From NCBI GenBank assembly GCA_043818055.1, contig JBDRGF010000020.1, positions 1 through 54,284 on the forward strand: DNA of 54,284 nucleotides, in the 5' to 3' direction. Positions within the stretch are counted from its first letter, which is position 1. Each line of letters begins with the position of its first letter. Shown piece by piece: positions 34,912 through 44,344 of the stretch. The notes beneath the pieces were generated by a model. It ran no database searches, was not told the origin of the DNA, and saw only the letters and a program-made list of their open reading frames with translations. The stretch is from Pseudomonadota bacterium. Its GTDB lineage: Bacteria; UBA10199; 2-02-FULL-44-16; JBDRGF01. The translations under genes were made by a program, and so were the position numbers.

Positions 34912-36108
34912 TTACTCCTCATCCAACCCCATCACAAACAACCCACTCCTCAGCTTCGGCTCAAACCACGTCGATTTGGGCGGCATCAGAAGCCCTGCGT
35001 CGGCTACATTCATGAGCTCTTCGATCGAAGTGGGATAACAGCAGAATGCAACAGCCCATCCATCTTCAACTCGGCGTTCTAGCTCATCGGTTCCCCTTAT
35101 TCCACCGACAAAGTCGATACGCTTGTCTAACCTTGGATTTTTGATCCCCAAAATCGGGGAGAGTAGATTGTTTTGTAAAATCGCAACATCGAGCGCATTG
35201 ACAGGATCGGAAGCATCGTAAGTCCCTTGTTTGGGCTCGACACAATACCATTTCCCATCGAGAAACATCCCGAACGATTTTGGTTTTACCGGGGAGGACT
35301 CTGACGTATCTCTCACGACGAATTCTTCCTTCACCCTATTCAAAAATTCATCCACACTCATTCCGTTTAAATCCTTCACTACTCGATTATAAGCCATGAT
35401 ACACATCTGATCATGAGGAAAGGTAACTGTGAGAAATCTCTTGCAATCGATCCTGCTTGCGGATGCGCTGCGGTGATGTCCATCCGCGACATAGAGATAT
35501 GGCACTTTAGAAAAAGCTGTCCTGATTTCATCTATTGTCTCTGAATCAGATACAACCCACAATATATGTTCAATGCCATCATCGCTTTCAAAATTATATT
35601 CCGGTTCTCTTTTGCAAATCCTATTCACTATCTCATTGATGTCGCTGCTTGAATAATATGTAAGAAAGACGGGACCTACCTGGACTTCAAGTCTCTTTAT
35701 GTGCCTGACCCTGTCGTCCTCCTTATCGGGGCGCGTAAGCTCATGTTTCTTGATCAATCCCTTATTATACTCCTCAACGCTCGCCCCCGCGACGATGCCG
35801 GTTTGGATATGATTTCCCATGCGCTGTCTGTAGATATAAAAACAGGGCGCTTCATCGCGAAGAAGAACTCCATCTGACACAAACTCTTTAAAATTCTCCA
35901 TCCCCTTAGTGTAAACTTCCGGTGAATATGGATCCGTCTCTTCCGGCAGATCTATCTCTGGCTTATTGATATGATAAAACGAAAAGGAATTGTCGTGAGC
36001 TAAACGTCTCGCCTCATCGCTCGATAAAACATCGTAAGGCAGAGAAGCTACTCTTTTCGCAAGATCCTTACGAGGCCTATATGCCCGAAAAGGCTTTATC
36101 TCTACCAT
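34912..36108 (-). CDS. DUF1015 family protein (commonly clustered with serA/serC)
   Basis: IKPFRAYRP, PYDV, IKKHELTRPDKE, YVADGHHR, IDFVGGIRG, MPPKSTWFEPKLRSGL. Confidence 0.93.
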   Translation of the reverse strand: MVEIKPFRAYRPRKDLAKRVASLPYDVLSSDEARRLAHDNSFSFYHINKPEIDLPEETDPYSPEVYTKGMENFKEFVSDGVLLRDEAPCFYIYRQRMGNHIQTGIVAGASVEEYNKGLIKKHELTRPDKEDDRVRHIKRLEVQVGPVFLTYYSSSDINEIVNRICKREPEYNFESDDGIEHILWVVSDSETIDEIRTAFSKVPYLYVADGHHRSASASRIDCKRFLTVTFPHDQMCIMAYNRVVKDLNGMSVDEFLNRVKEEFVVRDTSESSPVKPKSFGMFLDGKWYCVEPKQGTYDASDPVNALDVAILQNNLLSPILGIKNPRLDKRIDFVGGIRGTDELERRVEDGWAVAFCCYPTSIEELMNVADAGLLMPPKSTWFEPKLRSGLFVMGLDEE

Positions 36109-36215
36109 ATCCCCTCCTTGAGATGACCAGTGACTAACACACCTGTAAACAAAGTCAATCTGGTTAAAAGACAGTTTTTTATTTTCTATTACATTAAAAT
36201 CAGTATAATCAGATA

Positions 36216-37922
36216 ATGCATTATTTAAGCGAAGAGCATATCACAATTTTTCTAATTCAGGTTTTCCTCATTCTAGCGCTAGCCAAACTTGCGAGAGATT
36301 TGTTTCGAAAATTTGACCAACCACCCATGGTTGGTGAGATTCTTGTTGGCATAATTTTAGGCCCCACAATTTTCGGAAGACTCCTTCCAGATCTCCACAA
36401 GCTAGTCTTTCCAGCAAATCCTATCCAGCAAAACATGCTTGAAACGCTTGCATGGTTTGGTGTGATGCTATTTCTTCTCGTCACGGGTTTTGAAGTCGAC
36501 ACTTCAACGGCCTGGAAGCAGAGAAAAGCATCCTTAAAAATAGCAATCACCGGCGTCGTTTTTCCACTGGCAATGGGTTTTCTGATTTTTCTCCTTCTAC
36601 CACAAGGCTATTTTTCTGCTAAATTTCCACACTGGACTAGTGCCTTCTTCATGGGGGTAGCAATTTCAATAAGCGCTTTGGCTGTTATTGCTAGGACTTT
36701 ATACGATTTAAATCTCCTCAGAACAGACTTGGGGCTTTTAACCCTCTCAGCAATTACCATAAACGATATTCTAGGATGGTTCTTTTTCAGTATTGCCTTT
36801 GCCCTGACTACTGGGGGCACATTTCATTCGGAAATAGGTAAAATCAGCATAACAATCCTTTTCACAATTCTTTTTCCCGCTTTTTGTTTGACTATCGGCA
36901 GACGTTTAGTTGGAAAAATTATTAATAAGATTGTGAATAGCAACTTGTCCACTACGGGATCTATGCTTACCTTCATATGTTGCTTAGGGCTCATTTGTGG
37001 CGCCATCACTCAGTCGTTTGGCATCCATGCGATCTTTGGCTTCTTTCTTGCGGGAATAATGGCAGGAGATGCGCCCGACTTATCAGAAAATACTCGTCAA
37101 ATAATAACACAGATGGTTCACGCCATCCTCATCCCACTCTTTTTTGTATCCATAGGGCTGAAAGTGGATTTTGCCAACAATTTTAACATGGGACTTGTGA
37201 TTTTGATCTCCTCGGTCGCAATCATAGGAAAATTTTTAGGAGCATGGTTTGGTGCACGCATGACAGATTTAACAAAGGATAACAGGTTAGCCATCGCTAT
37301 TTTACATACACCTGGTGGAGATATGACAATAGTGGTCAGTATCGTTGGACTTGAGCTTGGCATAATTACAAAACCTTTATTCGTTGCCCTAGTTGTTGCA
37401 GCTTTATTATCAACAATAATCGTGGGGCCGTGGCTCTCCAGGGTTATCAAAAGAAGTAGACAGATCAGAATCAAAGAACTCCTTCCCAAAGAGGGGGTTG
37501 TCACTAAACTGCTCTCCAAAGATAGAAGAAGCATCATTCATGAGATGAGCTATATAGCTGCAAATACGATAAAAGGCATTGATCTCGACCCGGAGACTGT
37601 GTTTAGAGCAGTCCTCGATAGGGAAAATCTGATGGGCACAGGCATAGATAAGGGAATAGCCGTTCCTCACGCTCGATTAAAAAACCTTAAAAAACCTCTC
37701 CTCGTGTTCGGCCATAGCGAAGCGGGAATCGACTGGGATGCGGCTGACGGAAAACCTGTACACTGTATTTTCCTGCTGCTCACACCTGAAGGCTCGTTCG
37801 ACACGCAGATCCAAACACTGGCAGCAATCGCAAAGATGATGAAGGATGAGAAAAACTGTTTGAAATTAGCATCAATAAAAAACCCGAAAGAACTTTGGGA
37901 TCAGCTTCATACGAGCCTTTAA
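36216..37922 (+). CDS. Cation:proton antiporter (CPA2) fused to a PTS EIIA domain
   Basis: QPPMVGEILVGIILGPT, TIND, GIHAIFGFFLAG and about 12 TM segments; C-terminal RENLMGTGIDKGIAVPHAR..GIDWDAADGKPVHCIFLLL. Confidence 0.9.
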   Translation: MHYLSEEHITIFLIQVFLILALAKLARDLFRKFDQPPMVGEILVGIILGPTIFGRLLPDLHKLVFPANPIQQNMLETLAWFGVMLFLLVTGFEVDTSTAWKQRKASLKIAITGVVFPLAMGFLIFLLLPQGYFSAKFPHWTSAFFMGVAISISALAVIARTLYDLNLLRTDLGLLTLSAITINDILGWFFFSIAFALTTGGTFHSEIGKISITILFTILFPAFCLTIGRRLVGKIINKIVNSNLSTTGSMLTFICCLGLICGAITQSFGIHAIFGFFLAGIMAGDAPDLSENTRQIITQMVHAILIPLFFVSIGLKVDFANNFNMGLVILISSVAIIGKFLGAWFGARMTDLTKDNRLAIAILHTPGGDMTIVVSIVGLELGIITKPLFVALVVAALLSTIIVGPWLSRVIKRSRQIRIKELLPKEGVVTKLLSKDRRSIIHEMSYIAANTIKGIDLDPETVFRAVLDRENLMGTGIDKGIAVPHARLKNLKKPLLVFGHSEAGIDWDAADGKPVHCIFLLLTPEGSFDTQIQTLAAIAKMMKDEKNCLKLASIKNPKELWDQLHTSL

Positions 37923-37935
37923 CTTTCTAGCAATT

Positions 37936-38057
37936 AACGCCGTGTGCGAGTTTTTCTTGTAAGACGTTGATTTTGTAGGGGCAGGTTTAAAACCTGCCCA
38001 AAATAGTAATGCGGGCGGGTTTAAAACCCGCCCCTACAAAAATTCGGACACGGCGTT
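37936..38057. repeat. Composite REP element: inverted GTAG-REP pair inside outer inverted repeats
   Basis: GTAGGGGCAGGTTTAAAACCTGCCC ... GGGCGGGTTTAAAACCCGCCCCTAC (37975-38037); outer arms AACGCCGTGTGCGAGTTTTT (37936-37955) and AAAAATTCGGACACGGCGTT (38038-38057), 18/20 complementary; lies between convergent genes. Confidence 0.8.
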
Positions 38058-38062
38058 GATAA

Positions 38063-38695
38063 TTAAAAATTTGGTGCGATGTTTTTTGCCTTTTCTATGG
38101 CGGCTTTATCTTTCGCCTTTGCCATATCTGGGCCACCAGCAAGCGTTGGTTCCACAACAATTGATCTGATATCTGTAAATCCTATGAATCCCAAAAAGGC
38201 CTCGAAATATTTCTTCTGAAAATCAAAATTCTCTGCAGGAGTGCCCGGTTTGTATTCACCTCCGCGCGAGTAAATTGCTAAAGCCGGCTTTCCTGTTATT
38301 AGACCTGAATAACCCGATTCAGGTGAGAAAGCGAATGTATAAGTAGGCTGAACGATGATATCGATGTATTGCTTCAGTTTATAAGGAATTCCAAAATTCC
38401 ACATCGGAACAGCAAAGAGATATTTATCCGCAAACTTGAATTGTTCGATGTGTTTCTCAACTCCCTTCCACGCATTGAGTTCTTCCTTTGAGGCCTTTTC
38501 ACCGTGCATAATTGCATACTTGGCATTTACGGCTTGCAGATCGAGCTCGGCTATTTTTTCGTTAAAAAGATCAATTACTTCCACATTATCTTTTGGATGT
38601 GCCCTTTTATATGCCTCAACAAAAGCATCGGCGACTTTGATTGAATGCGACCTACCCTCCCTTGGTGATGCCTTGATATAAAGAAGTTTTGACAT
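38063..38695 (-). CDS. azoR: FMN-dependent NADH:quinone oxidoreductase / azoreductase
   Basis: MSKLLYIKASPR, PMWNFGIPYKLKQYID, SRGGEY, LGFIGFTD; start re-called at 38695 with GGAGG SD. Confidence 0.92.
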   Translation of the reverse strand: MSKLLYIKASPREGRSHSIKVADAFVEAYKRAHPKDNVEVIDLFNEKIAELDLQAVNAKYAIMHGEKASKEELNAWKGVEKHIEQFKFADKYLFAVPMWNFGIPYKLKQYIDIIVQPTYTFAFSPESGYSGLITGKPALAIYSRGGEYKPGTPAENFDFQKKYFEAFLGFIGFTDIRSIVVEPTLAGGPDMAKAKDKAAIEKAKNIAPNF

Positions 38696-38850
38696 AGTTC
38701 CTCCCCGAAAAACAATTAACAATTAACGATTTCCAATTAACAATAAAACCTCTAAAAATCCATCTATTTTATCGCCTTAAAAGTCTTCGTTTTAGCCGTT
38801 GACATCAAAAAGAGTACGGGTGTAACTATTAATGGTTCAAGGAGGTTCAT

Positions 38851-39435
38851 GTGAAAAGAGTATCATTTGCATGCTTATTTATCATGATGCTTTTAATCAG
38901 TATTTCGACTTATGCCCTGGGTTCAAAATGTGTTGCCAACAAACCAGGGTGTGTAGTTCCACGAACAACTGAAGTAAAAGTGAGGCTTGGGACATCTCCA
39001 TGCGGAAGAAATGTTGACAGATGCATAGACGTATTAATCTGGCCATCAGCTATTATCGAAATTTTTAAGATCGATGGTGGAAAGGTCGATACATTCGAAA
39101 CGCCTGACTTTCCAAATCAATCCATACCGACTGAGTTCACTTCTTCACTCTTTGCAGGAAGATATTTTTTCTATATCTTCAACAAGAGCAACAAACAGGC
39201 AACGACATTCGGCCCTGTTGAGATCTTTCCGGACGTTAAAAGAATGACGCTCTTCATCATGATGTACAATTCCATGGCGAGCCAAACAATCTTATCGCAG
39301 GACAGAGAGATGTGTCTAACACAGAATATAGAGGAATATTTCGATACGGCTATAGGTTCTGTTAAATTAGGACAACAAACCCAATGCAACTCAACATTCA
39401 ACGATCTTCCCAGGGTGATCAAACCGATTGAATAA
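38851..39435 (+). CDS. Secreted Cys-containing hypothetical protein
   Basis: GTG start with AGGAGG SD, signal peptide, six Cys in the mature region. Confidence 0.7.
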   Translation: MKRVSFACLFIMMLLISISTYALGSKCVANKPGCVVPRTTEVKVRLGTSPCGRNVDRCIDVLIWPSAIIEIFKIDGGKVDTFETPDFPNQSIPTEFTSSLFAGRYFFYIFNKSNKQATTFGPVEIFPDVKRMTLFIMMYNSMASQTILSQDREMCLTQNIEEYFDTAIGSVKLGQQTQCNSTFNDLPRVIKPIE

Positions 39436-39439
39436 AACT

Positions 39440-40402
39440 ATGAAAAAAATAATTCGCAAATCCCCCCCTTCTTATCGAGGTGCGTTCTATTATTTTAGGA
39501 CCAAGTGGCGACAGATGCCACATGTGGTAAATCTCGAGTTTACGAAACTATGCAACGCCAGATGTGGCTTCTGCAGCTGCTGGCAGGTGCCCTCTAAAGG
39601 CGAGCTCGAAGACTACTCCCCTATCATCAAAAAATTCAAACCGGTCGTAGTTTCGATATCGGGTGGCGAGCCCCTACTCAGAAAAAACTACCCTGAACTT
39701 ATTAAAGGGATCCGTCCCTATTGCCATTTCCTTGTTATAATTACAAACGGGGCGCTCTTAAACGAAAAAAGTGCGAAAGCATTAACCAATGCAGGGATCG
39801 ACCAAATATGCGTATCTCTCGATTACTTAAGTGAGAAACATGACAAAGCGAGAAAGGTGGAGGGGCTTTTCGATCACATCTCCAAAACAGTTCCGAAATT
39901 GAGTGCGATGGGTTATCGAATCATTCTCAACTCGGTCATAATGAATGACAATCTCGATCAGGTGATTCCGCTTGTACACAAGGCGAAGGAATGGGGAGTC
40001 GAAATTTCATTTTCATCCTATTGTTCACTCAAGAGGCAAAAGGATGAGCACATGATCGACGACCCTAATATTGTAAAATTAAAAAGTGTCGTTGAAGAGA
40101 TCAAAAGGCTGAAAAAAGAGATGGGGCACATCAAGAGCTCATATCATTATCTCAACCGCGTCGTCGAATATTTTCAAAAAGGAAACATCGGAGGTTGCAA
40201 GGCTGGCGTGCGCTGGATACAGGTGACCCCCGATGGCCATATCCAACCCTGCTCTGAACTTCCCAGGACATGTAGTTATGAAGATTATACGAGGGACCTC
40301 TTCCCCATGCCCTCCTGTGAGAAGTGCTGGTACAGCTGCAGAGGAGAGGCCGAGGCCAATCCATTAAAACCGCAAAGACTGTGGGAATTGATGAATGCGT
40401 GA
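39440..40402 (+). CDS. Radical SAM protein with SPASM/twitch domain
   Basis: CNARCGFC, SGGEPLL, TNG; C-terminal CKAG..VTPDGHIQPC..CEKCWYSC. Start at 39440 (ATG) or 39428 (TTG). Confidence 0.88.
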   Translation: MKKIIRKSPPSYRGAFYYFRTKWRQMPHVVNLEFTKLCNARCGFCSCWQVPSKGELEDYSPIIKKFKPVVVSISGGEPLLRKNYPELIKGIRPYCHFLVIITNGALLNEKSAKALTNAGIDQICVSLDYLSEKHDKARKVEGLFDHISKTVPKLSAMGYRIILNSVIMNDNLDQVIPLVHKAKEWGVEISFSSYCSLKRQKDEHMIDDPNIVKLKSVVEEIKRLKKEMGHIKSSYHYLNRVVEYFQKGNIGGCKAGVRWIQVTPDGHIQPCSELPRTCSYEDYTRDLFPMPSCEKCWYSCRGEAEANPLKPQRLWELMNA

Positions 40403-40427
40403 AGCGTAGGACATGAAACTTATTTTG

Positions 40428-40499
40428 AGCCGATGATCGGACTTGAACCGATAGCCTATTCATTACGAATGAATTGCTCTACCATTGAGCTACATCGGC
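40428..40499 (-). tRNA. tRNA-Thr (anticodon CGT)
   Basis: GCCGATGTAGCTCAATGGTAGAGCA-ATTCA-TTCGTAA-TGAAT-AGGCTATCGGTTCAAGTCCGATCATCGGCT forms a cloverleaf; CCA not encoded. Confidence 0.95.
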
Positions 40500-40506
40500 G
40501 ATAAAA

Positions 40507-40590
40507 AGCAGTGAGTAGTGTTTAGTGTATAATTTTGGACATGGAAACTCTTTGTCGCTATTCACTACGCACTAAACACTAGACACTGCT
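40507..40590. repeat. Heptamer-repeat (TAGTGYK-type) hairpin 5' of tRNA-Thr
   Basis: AGCAGTGAGTAGTGTTTAGTG ... CACTAAACACTAGACACTGCT; related copy at 40868-40930. Confidence 0.7.
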
Positions 40591-40597
40591 CTTAAGT

Positions 40598-40770
40598 ATT
40601 CCGGACACCCAAAAATCTATGGCATTTGCGCCGCGTCTTAAGCGGCGCAAAGCCAAGATTCCAAAAATAAATTATAGCTACGCTAAGGTACGTGGTCCGG
40701 AATGTCCCATTCCGGACACCCAAAAATCTATGGCATTTGCGCCGCGTCTCAGCGGCGCAAAGCCAAGATT
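40598..40770. repeat. Two 62-63-bp direct repeats, each forming a bulged hairpin
   Basis: ATTCCGGACACCCAAAAATCTATGGCATTTGCGCCGCGTCT(TA/C)AGCGGCGCAAAGCCAAGATT at 40598-40660 and 40709-40770. Confidence 0.9.
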
Positions 40771-40774
40771 TTTG

Positions 40775-40859
40775 TGCCGGAGGCCGGACTCGAACCGGCA
40801 CAAGGGGTGACCCTCGGCAGATTTTGAATCTGCTGCGTCTGCCATTCCGCCACTCCGGC
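40775..40859 (-). tRNA. tRNA-Leu (anticodon CAA)
   Basis: GCCGGAGTGGCGGAATGGCAGACGCA-GCAGA-TTCAAAA-TCTGC, long variable arm, GCCGGTTCGAGTCCGGC-CTCCGGCA. Confidence 0.95.
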
Positions 40860-40867
40860 AGATTAAA

Positions 40868-40930
40868 GCAGTGATTAGTGCGTAGTGTTTAGAATTATTA
40901 ATTCGTCTTTCACTACACACTTTAAACTGC
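40868..40930. repeat. Heptamer-repeat hairpin 5' of tRNA-Leu
   Basis: GCAGTGATTAGTGCGTAGTG ... CACTACACACTTTAAACTGC. Confidence 0.65.
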
Positions 40931-40935
40931 CTCAC

Positions 40936-41148
40936 CTATTCTTCTGTTTCATCGCTTGGATTATCAAAGACCACATTTACATCGCCATCTGCAATCTCTC
41001 TCAAAGCCGTCACAACTTCACGGTTCGTACAATGAATCCGGGGCGCAGAACCGCGATAAAGCTGTTTTACCCTCTTTGATGTAGCGTGAACAAGGGCGAA
41101 ACGATTTTCCACCCTTTCCAGACAATCTTCTACTGTGACACGTGCCAT
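40936..41148 (-). CDS. rpoZ: RNA polymerase omega subunit
   Basis: [52 protein letters not shown]. Confidence 0.96.
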   Translation of the reverse strand: MARVTVEDCLERVENRFALVHATSKRVKQLYRGSAPRIHCTNREVVTALREIADGDVNVVFDNPSDETEE

Positions 41149-41176
41149 TTTAAACCTCCTGAATTTCGAGCCACTC

Positions 41177-41205
41177 CTAATATGGTGATTTTAAACCCAA
41201 GTCAA
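41177..41205 (-). promoter_or_regulatory. Probable sigma70 promoter of rpoZ-tRNA-Leu-tRNA-Thr
   Basis: TTGACT-N17-TATTAG on the minus strand. Confidence 0.5.
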
Positions 41206-41217
41206 GGGGTAGGAGAA

Positions 41218-42864
41218 CTATTGTAAATTGCCCTTGGCATCGACTTTGACTATGAAAGCATCTGAGACACCAACATTTTTTAGACCATTGAAGTCGCCTG
41301 ATGACTGAACAAATACAAAAAGGTTGCCATTTTTGTCTCTTGCTAACGCATTTCCAGAATCATCATTTGAAGAACCAAGCCTGATTTGCCAATCAGTCAT
41401 TCCATTTATCCATTTTATAAGATACATATCTTTTCCACCATAATTTTGTCCAAAGCTTGCGCCTGCGGTGTAGCCTGTAATGTAGAAATTAGCATTATCA
41501 ATAGCTATATCATTAGCACTTCCCTCTTGCTCATTCGCAAATAATAACTTTGGAACTCCTGGATTTAATGCTGGATCTAATTCGATAATATAACTTTTGG
41601 ATCCCATCTGTCCCGAAACAACAACAGAGTTTAACTTTGTACTGAAAGCAATTGCACTTGCCATATCATCTACCATGCCTACGCCAGTTAACTGTATTTC
41701 TTTTTGAAATGACAAATCAGGTGCCCATTTATCAACAACTATCTTTGTAAGAATTGGATTTTGAGGAATAGCAACTTCTTTAAATCCCGTCACAAAAATA
41801 TCTCCATTATTGCTCAATGCAATATCATTTCCCTCTTCTTTCCCTGTAGATCCATAGAGCCTCATATCTTTTTCCTCACATGCACCACTGGAGTTGCACT
41901 TAGCTAAAAGAATATCACGTCCACCTTTGTTGGGTTGCAGAAATGGCTGCCCCGCTAAAGTATAATAAATCTGTCCTTCCGAGTAACCCGTTATATAAAT
42001 ATTTTCATTTGGATCCACTGCGATCGCCCTACCAGCATCGGCTTTATGATCGGAAGAGGTTATCTGCTTCACCCACAATTGTTTCCCACCTGTCGTGTAT
42101 TTCATAACAACCGCATCCATGACATCACCTGGATCCTTCTTATAACCACCCGTATCAAGATCGCCATATGTTGATCCGACAATATATAAGCTGTCACCAA
42201 ATACTACGATATCATTTCCCCAATCGTATTTGTCTGAGCCAATCTGTTCTAACCAAACAACATTTCCTGAGTTGTCGTATTTCGCGATGAATATGTCATA
42301 CTTCCCTGCTGTTTTGTTTCCCACCTTCCCTAAGGTCGTGCCGACGACATAGACATTTCCACTATCATCAACATCGATGCCACCCACTAGATCTTCAACA
42401 TCTGAACCGATCTGCTTAATCCCTATCCACTTCAACTCCACTGTCACCTCGGCATTTGTACCGTTGCCTCCCGCATCCATAAAACGGGCGTAGATTTTTT
42501 TACTCCCTGCTCCAGCTGAAAGATCAAAAGGAACTTTGGTCTTCAAATCTACCGTTGATTGCACCGAAGAACAAGCAGCACCGCTCAAAGCATTTGCATC
42601 TTCAGAGAGACAATAACCTACAATCCCCACATCATCCTTCGCTGAGAGTTCCACTTCGATCTTTCTCACATCCGTTGGGGATTGGGCAATTATCTTCGCA
42701 TCGGTTGGCGCTAGTTTATCCTTGGAGTTAGTTAAACCTATACCAAAGCCGGAAGGTGGTTTTTCGGGGCCGCTGTCGCTGCAACCGTAGCTGATTATCA
42801 TCGCGAAAAGGAGAGAGAATGACAAAAAAAGCACCGACCTCTTCACATATTTCTTGCTATGCAT
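41218..42864 (-). CDS. Lipoprotein with Ig-like domain and SBBP beta-propeller repeats
   Basis: Lipobox ISYGC; repeated IDVDDSGNVYVVGTT / DIFIAKYDNSGNVVWLEQIGS / IAVDPNENIYITGYS motifs. Confidence 0.85.
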   Translation of the reverse strand: MHSKKYVKRSVLFLSFSLLFAMIISYGCSDSGPEKPPSGFGIGLTNSKDKLAPTDAKIIAQSPTDVRKIEVELSAKDDVGIVGYCLSEDANALSGAACSSVQSTVDLKTKVPFDLSAGAGSKKIYARFMDAGGNGTNAEVTVELKWIGIKQIGSDVEDLVGGIDVDDSGNVYVVGTTLGKVGNKTAGKYDIFIAKYDNSGNVVWLEQIGSDKYDWGNDIVVFGDSLYIVGSTYGDLDTGGYKKDPGDVMDAVVMKYTTGGKQLWVKQITSSDHKADAGRAIAVDPNENIYITGYSEGQIYYTLAGQPFLQPNKGGRDILLAKCNSSGACEEKDMRLYGSTGKEEGNDIALSNNGDIFVTGFKEVAIPQNPILTKIVVDKWAPDLSFQKEIQLTGVGMVDDMASAIAFSTKLNSVVVSGQMGSKSYIIELDPALNPGVPKLLFANEQEGSANDIAIDNANFYITGYTAGASFGQNYGGKDMYLIKWINGMTDWQIRLGSSNDDSGNALARDKNGNLFVFVQSSGDFNGLKNVGVSDAFIVKVDAKGNLQ

Positions 42865-43000
42865 AAAACCTCCTATTTTTATAAAGTGCCGTTTTTTCTA
42901 CAACAAAAGCCAAGTGAAGTCACCAAAATAATACTTAAACCTCCGGCTAACTACTTGATTTTGCTTTACAAGTACATGCTCATTGGTTAGGGATGTGCAA

Positions 43001-44332
43001 ATGTTGAGAGAGGCCATCATATATGTCCCAACTTCGACGCCAGAAGCGATGAGTGTCGCTGTGAAAAAGGTCGCTGGCGTCCCCCTGATCGTCAGGGGGA
43101 TCATGACGCTCGCCTCCCAAGGATTCGAATCGATCACCCTTTTGATTCCTCAATCGCACCAACCCTCGATCGAGCGGTTTTTAAAAAGATATCGGGAGAA
43201 GAGAGTACCTAAAATCCACTATAGTCAGTATGGCGAACCGTATTGCGTCACAACCGACAACATCAACGATCTTACCAGCAATTCAAATGGCGATGTGCTT
43301 CTTATCAACTCTAACATCCTATTCGATCCAAAAATGGTCGCGAAAATCTCGGCCAGGAAAGATTTTCAGGACGAGGTTGTCGGAATCAAGTCTCCTATAA
43401 AACCTCAACCGATACTACGGATAAACAGAAAATCGTTTGAAAAGCTACTCGAGTTCGTCACACAAAAACCCAGAGGAATAGAGAGCTGCATAGAGTATTT
43501 AACCAAGGAGATGACGAGCTTCGTGCGAATTTCTGAAGATTTACAACCCTTTTTGATCACCGGCAACTCCGATGTGCTTGAAGCTCAAAACTACCTTACT
43601 GAAAAGATAAGACTTGCGACGAGTGGACCTATTGCAAAATATATCAATAAGAAGATTTCACTCCCGGTAAGCCTCGTGCTTTCAAAGCTCTGGATCAGCC
43701 CGCATGCTATCACCGTCGTTAACATCGTTATCGGCGTCTTTTCGGGTGTGTTCATTGCCGATGGCAGCCACTATTGGATGATCCTCTTCGGCGCTTTTCT
43801 CTACCAGCTGGCATCGATCACGGATGGCTGCGATGGAGAGGTCGCAAAGCTCACCTTCAGGGCGAGCAAGTTTGGACAATACCTTGATTCGATAAGCGAC
43901 AATTTGACGTTAGGAAGTATGATGACTGGATTGATCGCCGGATACTGGCGCCAGACCCACTCCCCCATCGCCTTTTATCTCGGCGGGATGATGGTCATCT
44001 CTGCCTTCGCAATTTTTTTCTTCATGATCCGTTTTTTAAAATGCCACACGAATTCGGCAAGCCTCGTCACATATGATAAGGAATTCATCGAGCGCCTTTC
44101 GAAAAAATATAATCCCATCCTTTTGAGAGTGGTTCACTATTCGAAATTTTTACTCAAAAAGGATATGATGTCCTTCATAATATTCGTCCTGGCGGTCTTC
44201 GGACTGCTCTACTATTGGCTATACGTATGCGCATTCGGAGGCGCTGCCTCGGCTTTGATGATCTGTTACCTTGATCACAGCGAAAGGGTCGCTCCATCGC
44301 GCCAAACAGATGAACGAACTCTAAGCACATAA
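43001..44332 (+). CDS. CDP-alcohol phosphatidyltransferase with a degenerate N-terminal nucleotidyltransferase-like domain (IPCT/DIPPS-like architecture)
   Basis: INKKISLPVS..SPHAITV; ITDGCDGEVAKLTFRASKFGQYLDSISD (CDP-AP signature); N-terminal KKVAGVPLIVR. Start 43001 (ATG) or 42983 (TTG). Confidence 0.85.
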   Translation: MLREAIIYVPTSTPEAMSVAVKKVAGVPLIVRGIMTLASQGFESITLLIPQSHQPSIERFLKRYREKRVPKIHYSQYGEPYCVTTDNINDLTSNSNGDVLLINSNILFDPKMVAKISARKDFQDEVVGIKSPIKPQPILRINRKSFEKLLEFVTQKPRGIESCIEYLTKEMTSFVRISEDLQPFLITGNSDVLEAQNYLTEKIRLATSGPIAKYINKKISLPVSLVLSKLWISPHAITVVNIVIGVFSGVFIADGSHYWMILFGAFLYQLASITDGCDGEVAKLTFRASKFGQYLDSISDNLTLGSMMTGLIAGYWRQTHSPIAFYLGGMMVISAFAIFFFMIRFLKCHTNSASLVTYDKEFIERLSKKYNPILLRVVHYSKFLLKKDMMSFIIFVLAVFGLLYYWLYVCAFGGAASALMICYLDHSERVAPSRQTDERTLST

Positions 44333-44344
44333 AAGAGAGTATAA

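Noticed and set aside
38769..38795. Canonical sigma28 promoter upstream of azoR (TAAA-N14-GGCGATAA)
   Set aside because: The spacer is one base short and the -35 differs from the three-copy motif; too weak to call.
40598..40770. CRISPR array or integron attC sites
   Set aside because: Only two copies, 62-63 bp is too long for typical CRISPR repeats, there are no cas or intI genes, and no RYYYAAC/GTTRRRY ends or cassette ORF.
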